Of a stretch of 64,000 bases of DNA, positions 51,530 to 62,111 are shown piece by piece. Each line of letters starts with the position of its first letter. Position 1 is the first letter of the stretch. The translations under genes and the position numbers were made by a program. This stretch comes from Bacteroidales bacterium (GTDB taxonomy: Bacteria > Bacteroidota > Bacteroidia > Bacteroidales > VadinHA17). A model generated the notes under the pieces. That model searched no databases. It saw only the letters and a list, made by a program, of their open reading frames with translations, and had not been told where the DNA came from. The DNA lies in the NCBI GenBank assembly GCA_033791445.1, contig JASJGS010000028.1:8636-72635 (forward strand), written 5' to 3'.

Positions 51530-51817
51530 ATATATACTTTCCTTCTAAAAAAACTGTGCAAATATAAGTAAATAGAGCTTTTTAGGTATAACTGTTTTTC
51601 AACAATGGCTATTATCTTATCAACCAAAAAAAATGAACAAAATTGTCTTTACCTGCTCAAAAGCCTGTTTTACTTAGACTTAAATGGCCAGTCCTGTGAA
51701 ATCATCCAACTTGTTGATAAAATCGTGGAGAGAAACTATATAAAATCCATTATCTGGAATTATTCTTCAGTATCCATAGAAAAAAGGACATATTTTTCTG
51801 CTTTCTGAACTTAGACT

Positions 51818-53644
51818 TTAAGCTTTCCCCTCCTCAATTATCCCCATCTTCTTCATTAAAAATGAGGCATTCATATTTTTGGTAAGACCTTCATGCAGCT
51901 TATAATCAAATACCAGTTGATTATTCTCTATGGTGGAATCAAAGCATTTATTTAAAACAGTGCCTTTAAATTTATTTTCAAGCTCCCCCAGAGCCAGATC
52001 ATGAGTAGCAATCAAGCCTGTTCCCTGAAGCTCTACTAAACGTGAAATAACAGCCTCAGAACCAGCAGTCTTATCCACCGAGTTGGTCCCTTTCAAAATT
52101 TCATCCAACAAGAAAAACACTTCCTTCTTCTGACCAATGACATCTAAAAGCGATTTCAATCTTTTCAATTCCGAAAAGAAATACGATTCATTATTTTGCA
52201 AGGAGTCAGTGGTTCGCATACTTGAAAATAGAAATGCAGGTTTGAAAATAAATTTCTCTGCACAAACAGGGGCACCCATATGGGCCAATATCAAGTTTAC
52301 ACCAATGGCCCTGAGAAAGGTGCTTTTCCCAGCCATATTAGGTCCTGTTACAATAATTATTTCCCCTTTTTTATGTATTAGTAAGTCATTATCAACCCGA
52401 TCAGATTTTGGTATAAGTGGATGGCCCATTTCAACAAAATCCCATTTTGCATTTTCTGAAATTTCAGGGAAAGTAAAATCCGGATGATTAAAAGCATAAG
52501 ATCCAAGGCTTGAGAAAGCATCGAACTCTGAAAGTACATCTAACCAGATAGGTATTATTTTGGCATATTTTTGTCTCCATCGTTCGAAGCGCATCAAACA
52601 GTGAATATCCCATAATAAAAATGCATTTAAAACTATTCCAACAAACACATTGCTCCTTGAATCAAAGGCATCCAGAATTTTACTCAATTTACCTATCACA
52701 ATACTTGCTGATTCCTGATCAAAGTATAAAAATTCTCTTTTTTCTTTGAGTAAATCAGATTTAAACTCAAAGTTCTCTACCTGCATCAACAATGAATTAT
52801 ACTTTTTTAAAACTTTTAAAGTGTCTGATACTTTATTTTGAAAATACTGCGTCTTCTTCAGCAGGCTACCCACTATAAGAAGTCCTACAATTAAAAGCAA
52901 CATTAGTACCTGATAAGGGATCAAACCAGCAATAGTCAGACTTAATATTACTAGAGATAAAACAGGGAATATATATGCCAGAAGCTTGTAAATATCATGG
53001 CTCATTAAATTCCTGGCATTATTTAACCAGGCAGCCATAATTCCCATATCAAGCTGCTCATCCTTCAATTGTAGGGCATAGGATTGAAAGTCCTGTCGCC
53101 ACACACTATTTTTTTTCAGTTCCTTGACAGCATTTTGTGCTTTCAGGATATCACCAGCAGATTGTAGAATTTTAGAAAAGAAATAAGCCAGTTTGGTATT
53201 TCCTCCTTCAGTAAATGATCGATTCACAGATTGAAAAACTGATCTGTCGCCAAAAACATCCATATCAAAAATGTAAGGATGTGATGAATCTGAATATTCC
53301 ATTCCATTTTCAAAAGCAGCATAATCACCATTTATACCTCGAAATTCATTTGTGTTCAGCAAAACAAGGGCCTGGAAGTGATTTTTCCGGGTAGTGAAGC
53401 TTAAACTTATTTTAAGAAGAATTAAAAAACCTACCAGGAAAACAAACGCCAATGCAAAATCAGGAATTGAATTTCCTTTAATACCTCGAACAAAAAACAA
53501 AATGATCAGTATAAAGGCAATTAGTCTAAACCAGCCTATTCTTCTGATCCAATTCTTTTGAAATTCTAATGATTTCGTAAAATCAAGAATGTTCTTATCA
53601 TAATAAGTCCGAAGTTCATCTATGTTTTGTGGGATAGGCTTCAT
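51818..53644 (-). CDS. Membrane-anchored MutS domain V ATPase
   Basis: TM segments; TGPNMAGKST, SYFFSEL, LLDEILKGTNS, ATHD. Confidence 0.9.
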   Translation of the reverse strand: MKPIPQNIDELRTYYDKNILDFTKSLEFQKNWIRRIGWFRLIAFILIILFFVRGIKGNSIPDFALAFVFLVGFLILLKISLSFTTRKNHFQALVLLNTNEFRGINGDYAAFENGMEYSDSSHPYIFDMDVFGDRSVFQSVNRSFTEGGNTKLAYFFSKILQSAGDILKAQNAVKELKKNSVWRQDFQSYALQLKDEQLDMGIMAAWLNNARNLMSHDIYKLLAYIFPVLSLVILSLTIAGLIPYQVLMLLLIVGLLIVGSLLKKTQYFQNKVSDTLKVLKKYNSLLMQVENFEFKSDLLKEKREFLYFDQESASIVIGKLSKILDAFDSRSNVFVGIVLNAFLLWDIHCLMRFERWRQKYAKIIPIWLDVLSEFDAFSSLGSYAFNHPDFTFPEISENAKWDFVEMGHPLIPKSDRVDNDLLIHKKGEIIIVTGPNMAGKSTFLRAIGVNLILAHMGAPVCAEKFIFKPAFLFSSMRTTDSLQNNESYFFSELKRLKSLLDVIGQKKEVFFLLDEILKGTNSVDKTAGSEAVISRLVELQGTGLIATHDLALGELENKFKGTVLNKCFDSTIENNQLVFDYKLHEGLTKNMNASFLMKKMGIIEEGKA

Positions 53645-53668
53645 ACATTTATTTTCAGGTAGTTTCCC

Positions 53669-54415
53669 CTATTTTGTTTCCTTTCTCATGTTCTCAAGCT
53701 CTTCAGCCATCAGAGACTGAACATCTCTCGACAGGGTTTTTATGTCCTTTCCCAAAAAAGACTCAACCGGGATTTCATCCAGAATATTTAACCTGAAATG
53801 CTGTTTCCCATGAAATTCAAATCCTTTTGCAGGCAATGCACCTCCTGTGCCGTCCAAAACAATTGGAATTATTGGGGTTTGTGTCTCAAGAGCCAGTTTG
53901 AAGGCTCCCTCCTTAAAGCTTTTTATATTCGTATCCATTGACCGCGTTCCCTCAGGAAAAACTAAAACAGAAGAACCATCCTTTAGCGTTCGGATGCTAT
54001 CAATCATCATATGCAATATGCTGGCTTTCCGACCCCTTTGTAAGGCAATGTAACGGTTGGCAGTCATATTCCAGCCAATAATAGGAACCCGGAACAACTC
54101 TTTTTTTGCAACCCACTTAAATTGGACAAACAATCGATATAAAAGGACAATATCAACAGAGGATTGATGGTTTGATACCAACACATAAGATTTACCTGGT
54201 TTAATTTTCTCCCGTCCCTTGATTGTAGTTCTCCACCATGGCGTTATCCATGTAAAAGTTGATGCCCAAAAGCAGGAATACTGGTGCAAAATCCACATTC
54301 TTTTATCAAACCAGAAAGTCAAAATCCAGATCAGGAAAGCCGGTGGGTATAATAAAACCAGCATAATAACATAAAAGAACCAGATAAATATTGATTTAAT
54401 AAAATTCATTTGCAA
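53669..54415 (-). CDS. 1-acyl-sn-glycerol-3-phosphate acyltransferase family
   Basis: SNHQSSVD (HX4D), FPEGTRS. Confidence 0.92.
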   Translation of the reverse strand: MQMNFIKSIFIWFFYVIMLVLLYPPAFLIWILTFWFDKRMWILHQYSCFWASTFTWITPWWRTTIKGREKIKPGKSYVLVSNHQSSVDIVLLYRLFVQFKWVAKKELFRVPIIGWNMTANRYIALQRGRKASILHMMIDSIRTLKDGSSVLVFPEGTRSMDTNIKSFKEGAFKLALETQTPIIPIVLDGTGGALPAKGFEFHGKQHFRLNILDEIPVESFLGKDIKTLSRDVQSLMAEELENMRKETK

Positions 54416-54467
54416 ATAATCAATTTTGCATTTTATAATGAGTTTACAAAATAAATAAACCTTTCTG

Positions 54468-55448
54468 TTAAAAGAAAATGGAAATTAACTCTTGCCTGGA
54501 AAGCATGGAATCCTTTTCCCTATTAAATGAGCTTTCAAAAACTGTAGTAATAGAAGAGAGCTTATGCAATTGGCTAACAAGTGATTTGCCAAGTTGAGTA
54601 TTGGTCTCGTTATCGTAATAATTCCCTTCTAGAATTGCTTCAGATATAAAACCTCTCTCCACTTTTAACCAAACTGATAAATATTTCGATCTAATTTCAG
54701 TAGTCTTTGAAAAAGTATATGGTGGCGAATACCCATAAATCCAATCCCAGCTACTGTATTTTTCTTTAATCAGGTCCTGAATTTCACCTAGGTCATGCTG
54801 ACTGAATACAAAATTTGCAGAATCGACATTGACTTGTTTGATATCATCCATTAAAGACTCCTGAAAATCTTCGATGCTCATTTCAGTATCCATATAATCG
54901 GAAATATTGGTAACCGGATTCCTGATAGATTTTACTGCCTTATCGGTATAGGTGTTGAGATCAACCTTCAGGGCCTCAGACAATTTCCCCAACTCAGATG
55001 CATACAAAAGTGTACCATGATGCAAAACCCGATTTTTAAAAACATGTTCGGCGTTGCCTGAAATCTTTCTCCCACTAACTGTTACATTGTTTTTACCTTC
55101 AAACTTTGTTTCAACTCCATGTTTAAGAAGCCAATTCTGCACCGGGTCAATAAATTTCTTAAAATCTACCAATCTACCTTCCTGTCCTTTTGTAATAAAA
55201 GTAAAATTCAGGTTACCCTCATCATGATAAACTGTCCCACCTCCAGATAATCGCCGGGCAACACGAACTCGATTTTCATCTACAAAATTGTGGTTTATTT
55301 CAGCCATGGTATTCTGATGCTTTCCAACAACAATACAGGGCTCATTTCGCCATAGCATAAAAAAATCCTCTGAATAGTTTTTAAAAAGATATTCCTCAGC
55401 AGCAAGATTAAAAAATATATCGGTATTGGGACTATGAATGCAGAGCAT
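54468..55448 (-). CDS. lplA: Lipoate--protein ligase
   Basis: FNLAAEEY, RRLSGGGTVYHD, RKISGNA, HHGTLL. Confidence 0.93.
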   Translation of the reverse strand: MLCIHSPNTDIFFNLAAEEYLFKNYSEDFFMLWRNEPCIVVGKHQNTMAEINHNFVDENRVRVARRLSGGGTVYHDEGNLNFTFITKGQEGRLVDFKKFIDPVQNWLLKHGVETKFEGKNNVTVSGRKISGNAEHVFKNRVLHHGTLLYASELGKLSEALKVDLNTYTDKAVKSIRNPVTNISDYMDTEMSIEDFQESLMDDIKQVNVDSANFVFSQHDLGEIQDLIKEKYSSWDWIYGYSPPYTFSKTTEIRSKYLSVWLKVERGFISEAILEGNYYDNETNTQLGKSLVSQLHKLSSITTVFESSFNREKDSMLSRQELISIFF

Positions 55449-55449
55449 C

Positions 55450-56031
55450 TTATTTGAAGAATTGTATTCTTGAAACTACTTTATTATCAAGATATTGATA
55501 GAGCAGAAATACCACCCACCCCAGGAATATTCCCAGCAATGCACCACCAATAATATCTCCTGGGTAATGAACACCCAGGTAAATTCTACTATAGGAAACA
55601 ATCGTAGCCCAGGCAAAAATGAACCAGGTAAAATATTTATTCTTAAACAATCCAGACGTTAGCATAGCCAGGGCAAAAGTATTCGCTGCATGTGAGGAAA
55701 CAAAACCAAACTTGCCTCCACAATGGTCGTTTACAATATGTACAAGACCAGAAATTTCCGGATCATGGCAAGGACGTAGGCGCATAAAAATCTCCTTAAA
55801 AAAATGAACTGAGAATTGATCACTGGCTGTAATTACAAGCGCCACAGCCAATACAACAAATATCATCCTCCACCGGTATTTTATTGCAAGACCAATCAGC
55901 AAAATAATATACAGAAATAGCCATGAAGTATCGCCGCTGATCCAATACATCAAATTATCCCAGAATGGTGAATGAATACCATTCAAAAAAAGAAAAATAC
56001 TTTTATCAAGTTTATCCAGGAATTCAATCAT
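55450..56031 (-). CDS. PAP2-family phosphatase
   Basis: K..F.RLRP, FVSSHA, SRIYLGVHYPGD. Confidence 0.93.
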   Translation of the reverse strand: MIEFLDKLDKSIFLFLNGIHSPFWDNLMYWISGDTSWLFLYIILLIGLAIKYRWRMIFVVLAVALVITASDQFSVHFFKEIFMRLRPCHDPEISGLVHIVNDHCGGKFGFVSSHAANTFALAMLTSGLFKNKYFTWFIFAWATIVSYSRIYLGVHYPGDIIGGALLGIFLGWVVFLLYQYLDNKVVSRIQFFK

Positions 56032-56046
56032 TATGAGTAAACTAGA

Positions 56047-57039
56047 TTAACCCCAGTTCAGTTCTTTCCAGATCATATCTTTAAGGGCAGAAACTCCTTC
56101 TCCAGTTACTGAAGAGAGAAAACACCAGGGAACTTCGGGCAGGTCTTCCCGAATTTCATCCTTAAGCTCATCATCCAGAAAATCGGCTTTAGATATGGCT
56201 AATATGCGACGTTTATCCAATAGTTCAGGATTGTATTTGTTCAATTCCTCCACCAGGATATTATATTCTTTCAAAATATTTTCTGAATCCGCCGGCACGA
56301 GAAAGAGTAGCATGGCGTTTCTTTCAATATGTCGCAGGAACCTTAGGCCGAGACCTTTTCCTTCATGGGCTCCTTCAATAATGCCCGGGATATCAGCCAT
56401 TACAAATGACCTGTCGTCACGATAAGAAACAATACCGAGGTTCGGTACCAGGGTTGTAAAAGGATAATTGGCTATTTTGGGTTTCGCAGCTGAAACCACA
56501 GAAAGCAAGGTTGACTTTCCAGCATTTGGGAATCCTACTAGGCCAACATCTGCCAGTACTTTTAACTCAAGAATAAACCAGTCTTCAACAGCGGGTTCCC
56601 CAGGCTGGGCATATTTTGGTGTCTGATTTGTGGATGATTTAAAATGTACGTTACCCAGGCCTCCCCTACCTCCCTTTGTCATGATTTCTATGGCACCATC
56701 CTCAGTTATTTCAAAAAGCACTTCACCAGTTTCAGCATTCTTTGCAATAGTTCCCAGCGGCACATCTAAAATTACATCTTCCCCATCCGCACCAGTTTTC
56801 ATGCTGCCACTACCATTTACCCCAGCCCCGGCATAAATATGCTTTTTAAATTTTAAGTGTAGCAGTGTCCAGCGTTGTTTATTCCCTTTAAGAATTACAT
56901 GACCACCACGCCCTCCATCACCCCCATCTGGACCTCCTTTTGGAATGTATTTTTCCCTATGTAAATGGGCGGAGCCTGCTCCTCCTTTTCCAGATCTACA
57001 TAAGATCTTTACATAATCAATAAAATTTGACCCGGACAT
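56047..57039 (-). CDS. obgE: GTPase ObgE
   Basis: [30 protein letters not shown]. Confidence 0.98.
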   Translation of the reverse strand: MSGSNFIDYVKILCRSGKGGAGSAHLHREKYIPKGGPDGGDGGRGGHVILKGNKQRWTLLHLKFKKHIYAGAGVNGSGSMKTGADGEDVILDVPLGTIAKNAETGEVLFEITEDGAIEIMTKGGRGGLGNVHFKSSTNQTPKYAQPGEPAVEDWFILELKVLADVGLVGFPNAGKSTLLSVVSAAKPKIANYPFTTLVPNLGIVSYRDDRSFVMADIPGIIEGAHEGKGLGLRFLRHIERNAMLLFLVPADSENILKEYNILVEELNKYNPELLDKRRILAISKADFLDDELKDEIREDLPEVPWCFLSSVTGEGVSALKDMIWKELNWG

Positions 57040-57070
57040 AAGTAAGGAAAATTCTGAAATTAAAATTGCA

Positions 57071-57643
57071 TTAGAGAGTTGCGTCTATTGCGACACAAAT
57101 TCTCTCGAAGATTTCATCCACTGTACCCAATCCATCAATTGGCACATATTTGTGCATTTTATGGTAGAATTCGGCGATGGTTTCAGACTGATTCTGGTAG
57201 ATTTCAATTCGCCTTTCGATGATGCTTTTCTTATCATCCGCCCTCCCATCTATCTCAGCTCTCTTAAGAAGCCGTTTAACTAGCTCATCATTCGGAACAT
57301 TTAAAGTAAGCATAATATTTACTCTGAGATCACGGTCAGTTAATTCATGGCGCAGGAACCTGGCTTGATCGCATGTCCTGGGAAATCCATCAAAAATAAA
57401 ACCCTTAGGATTTGTATGCTCGTCAAATTTCTTCAGTACCATGGCTTTTACATCATCATCGGGAACAAGTTCCCCCTTATCGATAAATGCTTTGGCTTTT
57501 ACTCCAAGTTCCGTTCCATTAGAAATTTCACTTCGTAAAATATCACCAGTTGATAAATGTATCAAGCCATACTTTTCAATTAGCTTTTCAGATTGAGTTC
57601 CCTTTCCTGATCCTGGAGGGCCAAATAGAACAATATTAATCAT
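57071..57643 (-). CDS. adk: Adenylate kinase
   Basis: [28 protein letters not shown]. Confidence 0.96.
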   Translation of the reverse strand: MINIVLFGPPGSGKGTQSEKLIEKYGLIHLSTGDILRSEISNGTELGVKAKAFIDKGELVPDDDVKAMVLKKFDEHTNPKGFIFDGFPRTCDQARFLRHELTDRDLRVNIMLTLNVPNDELVKRLLKRAEIDGRADDKKSIIERRIEIYQNQSETIAEFYHKMHKYVPIDGLGTVDEIFERICVAIDATL

Positions 57644-57648
57644 GGTTG

Positions 57649-58194
57649 TTAATGTTGAGAATTATCTAATGTGTACAAATCTTTTAAATTTCGCCCATAC
57701 CCCTCATAATCAAGCCCATACCCGATTATGAAATCATTTGGAATAGTCATTGCTACATAATCAACTGTAAAGTCTCTCTTATAAGCATTGGGCTTAAAAA
57801 ACATGGTAGCAATTTTTATTTCTTCTGGCTCAAAAGGCTGAACCCTATCAATAATAGTTTCCAAAGTTAAACCGGAATCCACAATATCCTCAATGATGAT
57901 AACTGTTTTTCCCTTAATATTTTCATTTAAGCCAATTATTTGCCTCACTTCCCCTGTGCTTTCTGTTCCTTCGTAGGAGGCCAATTTAACAAAAGTTATC
58001 TGGCAATTCAAGTCTAGTTTCCTAATTAAATCCGAGGCAAAAATAAAGGACCCGTTTAATATTCCTAGAAATAAAACTTCTTTACCAGCAAAATCATGAT
58101 TCAATTTAGCAGCCAATTCTGCTACATGTTTATCTAAATCTTCACACGAAACATAGCGCTTAAAGGTTTTATCCAACACTTTTATCGAATCCAT
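57649..58194 (-). CDS. hpt: Hypoxanthine phosphoribosyltransferase
   Basis: ILNGSFIF, IIEDIVDSGLT, GYGLDY..GRNL. Confidence 0.95.
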   Translation of the reverse strand: MDSIKVLDKTFKRYVSCEDLDKHVAELAAKLNHDFAGKEVLFLGILNGSFIFASDLIRKLDLNCQITFVKLASYEGTESTGEVRQIIGLNENIKGKTVIIIEDIVDSGLTLETIIDRVQPFEPEEIKIATMFFKPNAYKRDFTVDYVAMTIPNDFIIGYGLDYEGYGRNLKDLYTLDNSQH

Positions 58195-58296
58195 ATTCTA
58201 TTCAATTGGTAACTATTCTATCGGCCGAAAATACAAATATTTGACGTAACTTTGCTCATCAAAAAAGTAAAATCTAACAAAAAATTATTTTCTGGC

Positions 58297-58803
58297 ATGA
58301 AAGCAAAAGTAAGTATTATAATGGGCAGCACTTCAGATCTACCCATCATGGAAGATACAGCAAAGGTTTTAAATGAACTTAAGGTGCCCTTTGAAATGAA
58401 TGCATTATCAGCACATCGCACACCGGAAGAAGTCGAAAAATTTGCCAAATCTGCTTCTGATCGTGGACTCAAAGTAATTATTGCAGCTGCAGGCATGGCA
58501 GCACATCTTCCAGGTGTAATTGCCTCAATGACTGCCCTTCCGGTAATAGGTGTTCCCATTAAAGCCAGTCTCGATGGCTGGGACTCTTTATTGGCTATTG
58601 TACAAATGCCTCCAGGTATACCGGTTGCCACAGTGGGTGTAAATGGTGCCCGAAATGCAGCTATTCTTGCAGTTCAAATGCTCGCTTTATCTGATGATAA
58701 GCTGAATAATAGATTAATAGAGTTCAAGGAAAACCTGAAGGAAAAAATCATTCACGCCAATAAAGCGCTGAAAGAAGTCAAATTTGATTTTAAAGTTGAT
58801 TAA
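58297..58803 (+). CDS. purE: N5-CAIR mutase
   Basis: IIMGSTSD, SAHRTP, AGMAAHLPG, QMPPGIPVATV; ATG at 58297. Confidence 0.97.
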   Translation: MKAKVSIIMGSTSDLPIMEDTAKVLNELKVPFEMNALSAHRTPEEVEKFAKSASDRGLKVIIAAAGMAAHLPGVIASMTALPVIGVPIKASLDGWDSLLAIVQMPPGIPVATVGVNGARNAAILAVQMLALSDDKLNNRLIEFKENLKEKIIHANKALKEVKFDFKVD

Positions 58804-58986
58804 GGATTTTATTTTTATCCTCCTGATTTATTGAGCAGTACAATTAAAGGTCTTAAAAATTCAAGCATTTCAGCTAAAAAGTTGACACTTTTTTTCAAAA
58901 ACCCCGTATAAAGCAGATTGGAACCCTTCAATATTTTTCGAAATATTGAAAGGTCTTTATCAACTCTAAATTTAACAGGATTAGGT

Positions 58987-59808
58987 TTGAAGAGGATAAA
59001 TATTGTCATTTTTTTGCTTTCGTTTTGGGGTAATTTAAACTTAGGGGCTACCGATAATTACCTCCCAGGAAGTCGTTTTGCAGCCATGGCGAACGCCTCG
59101 GTAATGCTGCCTGACATCTGGTCAACATTCCACAATCAGGCCGGCCTTGCTTACCTGAATAGAATAAATTTTTCTTTCCATTATGAGAATCGATTTATTG
59201 TTCCCGAATTTGGCCTGAAGGCAGTAGCCTTATCTATCCCAACCAAACCAGGAGCTTTTGGCCTCTCATTCAGTTATTTTGGGTACTCAAAATACCATGA
59301 AACCAAAACCGGACTGGCTTACAGTAAGCTATTTGGAACCAAATTCTCTGCAGGAGTTCAAATAAACTATCATACCGTATTCATTTCTGAACAATACGGG
59401 AAATCCTACGCCATTTCAGTGGAAGGTGGAATTATGTACCAGCCTGTAGAAAATTTATTTATAGGTGCCCACATCTTCAACCCCTCCCGATCAAAGTTTA
59501 ATACACCAGATGGGGATGAATTCCTACCTGTCTCCTTTCGTTTTGGAGCTGGGTATCGATTAATAAACAAAATTATGCTGGCTTTCGAAGCTCAAAAAGA
59601 AAGTGATCTGCCTCCATTATGGAAACTGGGTATCGAGTTTGAAGCCCTAGATAATCTATATCTTCGGGGTGGGCTGGGTAGTTATCCAACCAGCGGCAGT
59701 TTCGGTATTGGTTATGAAATAGTTGGATTACGGGCTGACATTGCTTTTTCTTTTCATCCTCAACTTGGATTTTCACCTCATTTCACCTTTACCTATGCTT
59801 TCCGGTAA
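58987..59808 (+). CDS. PorV/FadL-like outer membrane beta-barrel protein
   Basis: Signal peptide from the TTG at 58987; GSRFAAMANA..D.W..FHNQAGLA hatch-like motif; HPQLG..P; C-terminal F-T-Y-A-F. Confidence 0.7.
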   Translation: MKRINIVIFLLSFWGNLNLGATDNYLPGSRFAAMANASVMLPDIWSTFHNQAGLAYLNRINFSFHYENRFIVPEFGLKAVALSIPTKPGAFGLSFSYFGYSKYHETKTGLAYSKLFGTKFSAGVQINYHTVFISEQYGKSYAISVEGGIMYQPVENLFIGAHIFNPSRSKFNTPDGDEFLPVSFRFGAGYRLINKIMLAFEAQKESDLPPLWKLGIEFEALDNLYLRGGLGSYPTSGSFGIGYEIVGLRADIAFSFHPQLGFSPHFTFTYAFR

Positions 59809-61946
59809 TGAGAATCCCATTGCTACTGAGACATAGAATCAAATGCAATTTGAATTGCAAGCTTCCAAAGTTTTGTACAACATTACTGCTTGGGTATATT
59901 TTATCAAATCCATATTGCGTTTTAGCACAAGAAGAGGACAACACATGGAAGTACCTCTTTGAGGAAATCGTTGAAAGTTTGGCTCAGAAGTCTGACATTC
60001 AGCTCGATTATACAGATTTCCTCGAACAAATGGAGAATTTACATCAAAATCCTGTCCCTTTGAATAAAAACGATTTGAAGGGCCTGGAACGCCTTATTAT
60101 GCTAAATTCTTTCCAGATTAAAAGTTTACAGAAGTATCTAGAAGAGCACGGATCTATATTATCTCTATTTGAGCTACAGTTTATTTATGGCTTCGATCAA
60201 AATACTTCCAGATTGCTTGAACCCTTTGTGACCCTGGAAAACGATAACACGGATTCAAAAGAAATCATTCGAAAACCCTTAAAATATGGCAAACACCAAC
60301 TCTTTCTGAGAGCCCAGAAAACCCTTGAAATTCAGGATGGATTCCTTGAAGTCCCTGACAGCCTTGAAAACTTAAATCCAAATTCAAGGTACATGGGTCC
60401 TGCCTGGAAACTCTACACCCGCTATGGGTATTCGTACAGAAACAAATTTGCTTTTGGCTTCACAGCGGAAAATGATGCTGGTGAACCCTTTTTTACAGGA
60501 TCAAATAAGACTGGATATGATTTTTACTCAGGATTTATCCAGGTAAACAATATCTGGAAAATAAAATCATTGATTGTTGGCGATTATGAGCCTCAATTCG
60601 GCCAGGGCTTAACCCTAGGATCTGGATTCAAATTTGGCAAATCAGCAGAAGTTCTCATGCTAGAGAGGAGGGCAAATGGAATTAAGAAATACAGTTCAAC
60701 AAATGAAAACAATTTTTTCCGTGGACTGGCAGCAACATTTGATTTTGGTTCACCCGAAATTTCTTTATTTGTATCATCAAAAAAAATTGATGCCAATATT
60801 TTAGAATGGGATAGCATTGCCGGATTACCCATACTTGTATCAAAACCTTCCGGCACAGGAATACATGGTACTCCCAACCAGATCTTTGATGAAAAAGCCC
60901 TGAAAGAAACTCTTTATGGGTTTAACATTAGTATACGCCGCAATATATTTAAAGTAGGGCTTAGCATGCTGGGCTATAATTATGGAACACCTATTTCTTC
61001 AGGAGGTGACATTTATAATGATTTTTTATTTCAGGGGCAATCAGGTAGCAAAATAGGACTCGACTATAAGCTTTCTCTGAAAAAGGGAATGCTTTATGGG
61101 GAAGTTTCTCATAACCCTGGATATGGCTGGGCCATTCTTCAGGGTGGTCTTTTCCAGCTTCATGAACAACTATCTCTTACTTTCTTATATCGAAATTATT
61201 CCAAAGACTTCCATCCGATTTATAGCAATGCTTTCGGGGAAGGCTCTGAAAACCAAAATGAAAAAGGTTTTTACACAGGTATGGATTTGACTCCTTTCAG
61301 GATGCTTAAGATTTCAGCATATGTTGATATATTCTCTTTTCCCTGGCTCAAATGGCAGGTATCAGCACCCTCGAAAGGTTGGGAATACTTTATTCAGGCA
61401 GAGTTTGTTCCCCATCAAAATCTTAACATGTACTTACGATTTCAAAATGAAAGAAAAGAAGAGAATATTTCGGATGAAGGCCAGATGGTTGAACTGGATG
61501 ATAGAACCAGAATGAAAGCCAGGTATCAGGTATCCTATTCGGTAAACCCATCATTGGAGTTGAGGAACCGGGTAGAATGGTCGGGTTACAGGAAGGGCTC
61601 AAGAGATGAACAGGGTTTTCTTATTTACCAGGATATCATCTATCATCTCCAAAAATTTCCATTAGACCTCTCCTTCCGCTTTGCACTTTTTGACACCGAT
61701 TCCTATGATACGAGGATCTATGCTTATGAAAGTGATGTATTGTATGCCTTCTCTATCCCTCCCTATTATGGGAAAGGAATACGCACCTACCTTGTACTTC
61801 ATACTGCAATTTCGAAAAATATCGATCTCTGGTTTAGAATATCGCAGACTTCTTTTTCCGACCGCGAGATTGTTGGTTCTGGCTTGAACACCATTCAGGA
61901 CAGTAAAAAAACAGATATAAAAATACAGATGAGATTAAAGTTTTAG
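59808..61946 (+). CDS. ComEA-like helix-hairpin-helix domain fused to a predicted large beta-barrel
   Basis: NPVPLN..L..L..LNSFQI..YLEEHG..SLFELQFIYGFD..LEPFV; amphipathic strands; C-terminal MRLKF. Confidence 0.8.
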   Translation: MRIPLLLRHRIKCNLNCKLPKFCTTLLLGYILSNPYCVLAQEEDNTWKYLFEEIVESLAQKSDIQLDYTDFLEQMENLHQNPVPLNKNDLKGLERLIMLNSFQIKSLQKYLEEHGSILSLFELQFIYGFDQNTSRLLEPFVTLENDNTDSKEIIRKPLKYGKHQLFLRAQKTLEIQDGFLEVPDSLENLNPNSRYMGPAWKLYTRYGYSYRNKFAFGFTAENDAGEPFFTGSNKTGYDFYSGFIQVNNIWKIKSLIVGDYEPQFGQGLTLGSGFKFGKSAEVLMLERRANGIKKYSSTNENNFFRGLAATFDFGSPEISLFVSSKKIDANILEWDSIAGLPILVSKPSGTGIHGTPNQIFDEKALKETLYGFNISIRRNIFKVGLSMLGYNYGTPISSGGDIYNDFLFQGQSGSKIGLDYKLSLKKGMLYGEVSHNPGYGWAILQGGLFQLHEQLSLTFLYRNYSKDFHPIYSNAFGEGSENQNEKGFYTGMDLTPFRMLKISAYVDIFSFPWLKWQVSAPSKGWEYFIQAEFVPHQNLNMYLRFQNERKEENISDEGQMVELDDRTRMKARYQVSYSVNPSLELRNRVEWSGYRKGSRDEQGFLIYQDIIYHLQKFPLDLSFRFALFDTDSYDTRIYAYESDVLYAFSIPPYYGKGIRTYLVLHTAISKNIDLWFRISQTSFSDREIVGSGLNTIQDSKKTDIKIQMRLKF

Positions 61947-62111
61947 GCTTCTCTCGATTGAAATTACTTCATAGCAAATATCAAAAATAAGAAGAGTTGA
62001 TGAATCAAAAATGTAGAAGAGGTCAAAAGAGCCTATGACGTGATGAAAAAGATCTTCAAACCTAAATGATTTCTTCCTCTTATTTTTTGACCCTTAACTT
62101 TAGAAAGCTTT

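Noticed and set aside
51530..51817. Possible replication origin
   Set aside because: Only three imperfect boxes, no dnaA/gidA/dnaN nearby, and no switch in gene orientation.
58218..58631. 137-aa antisense ORF, and similar short ORFs opposite sucC, pnp, glnA, parC, recJ and others
   Set aside because: Shadow frames of well-supported genes, with no motifs of their own.
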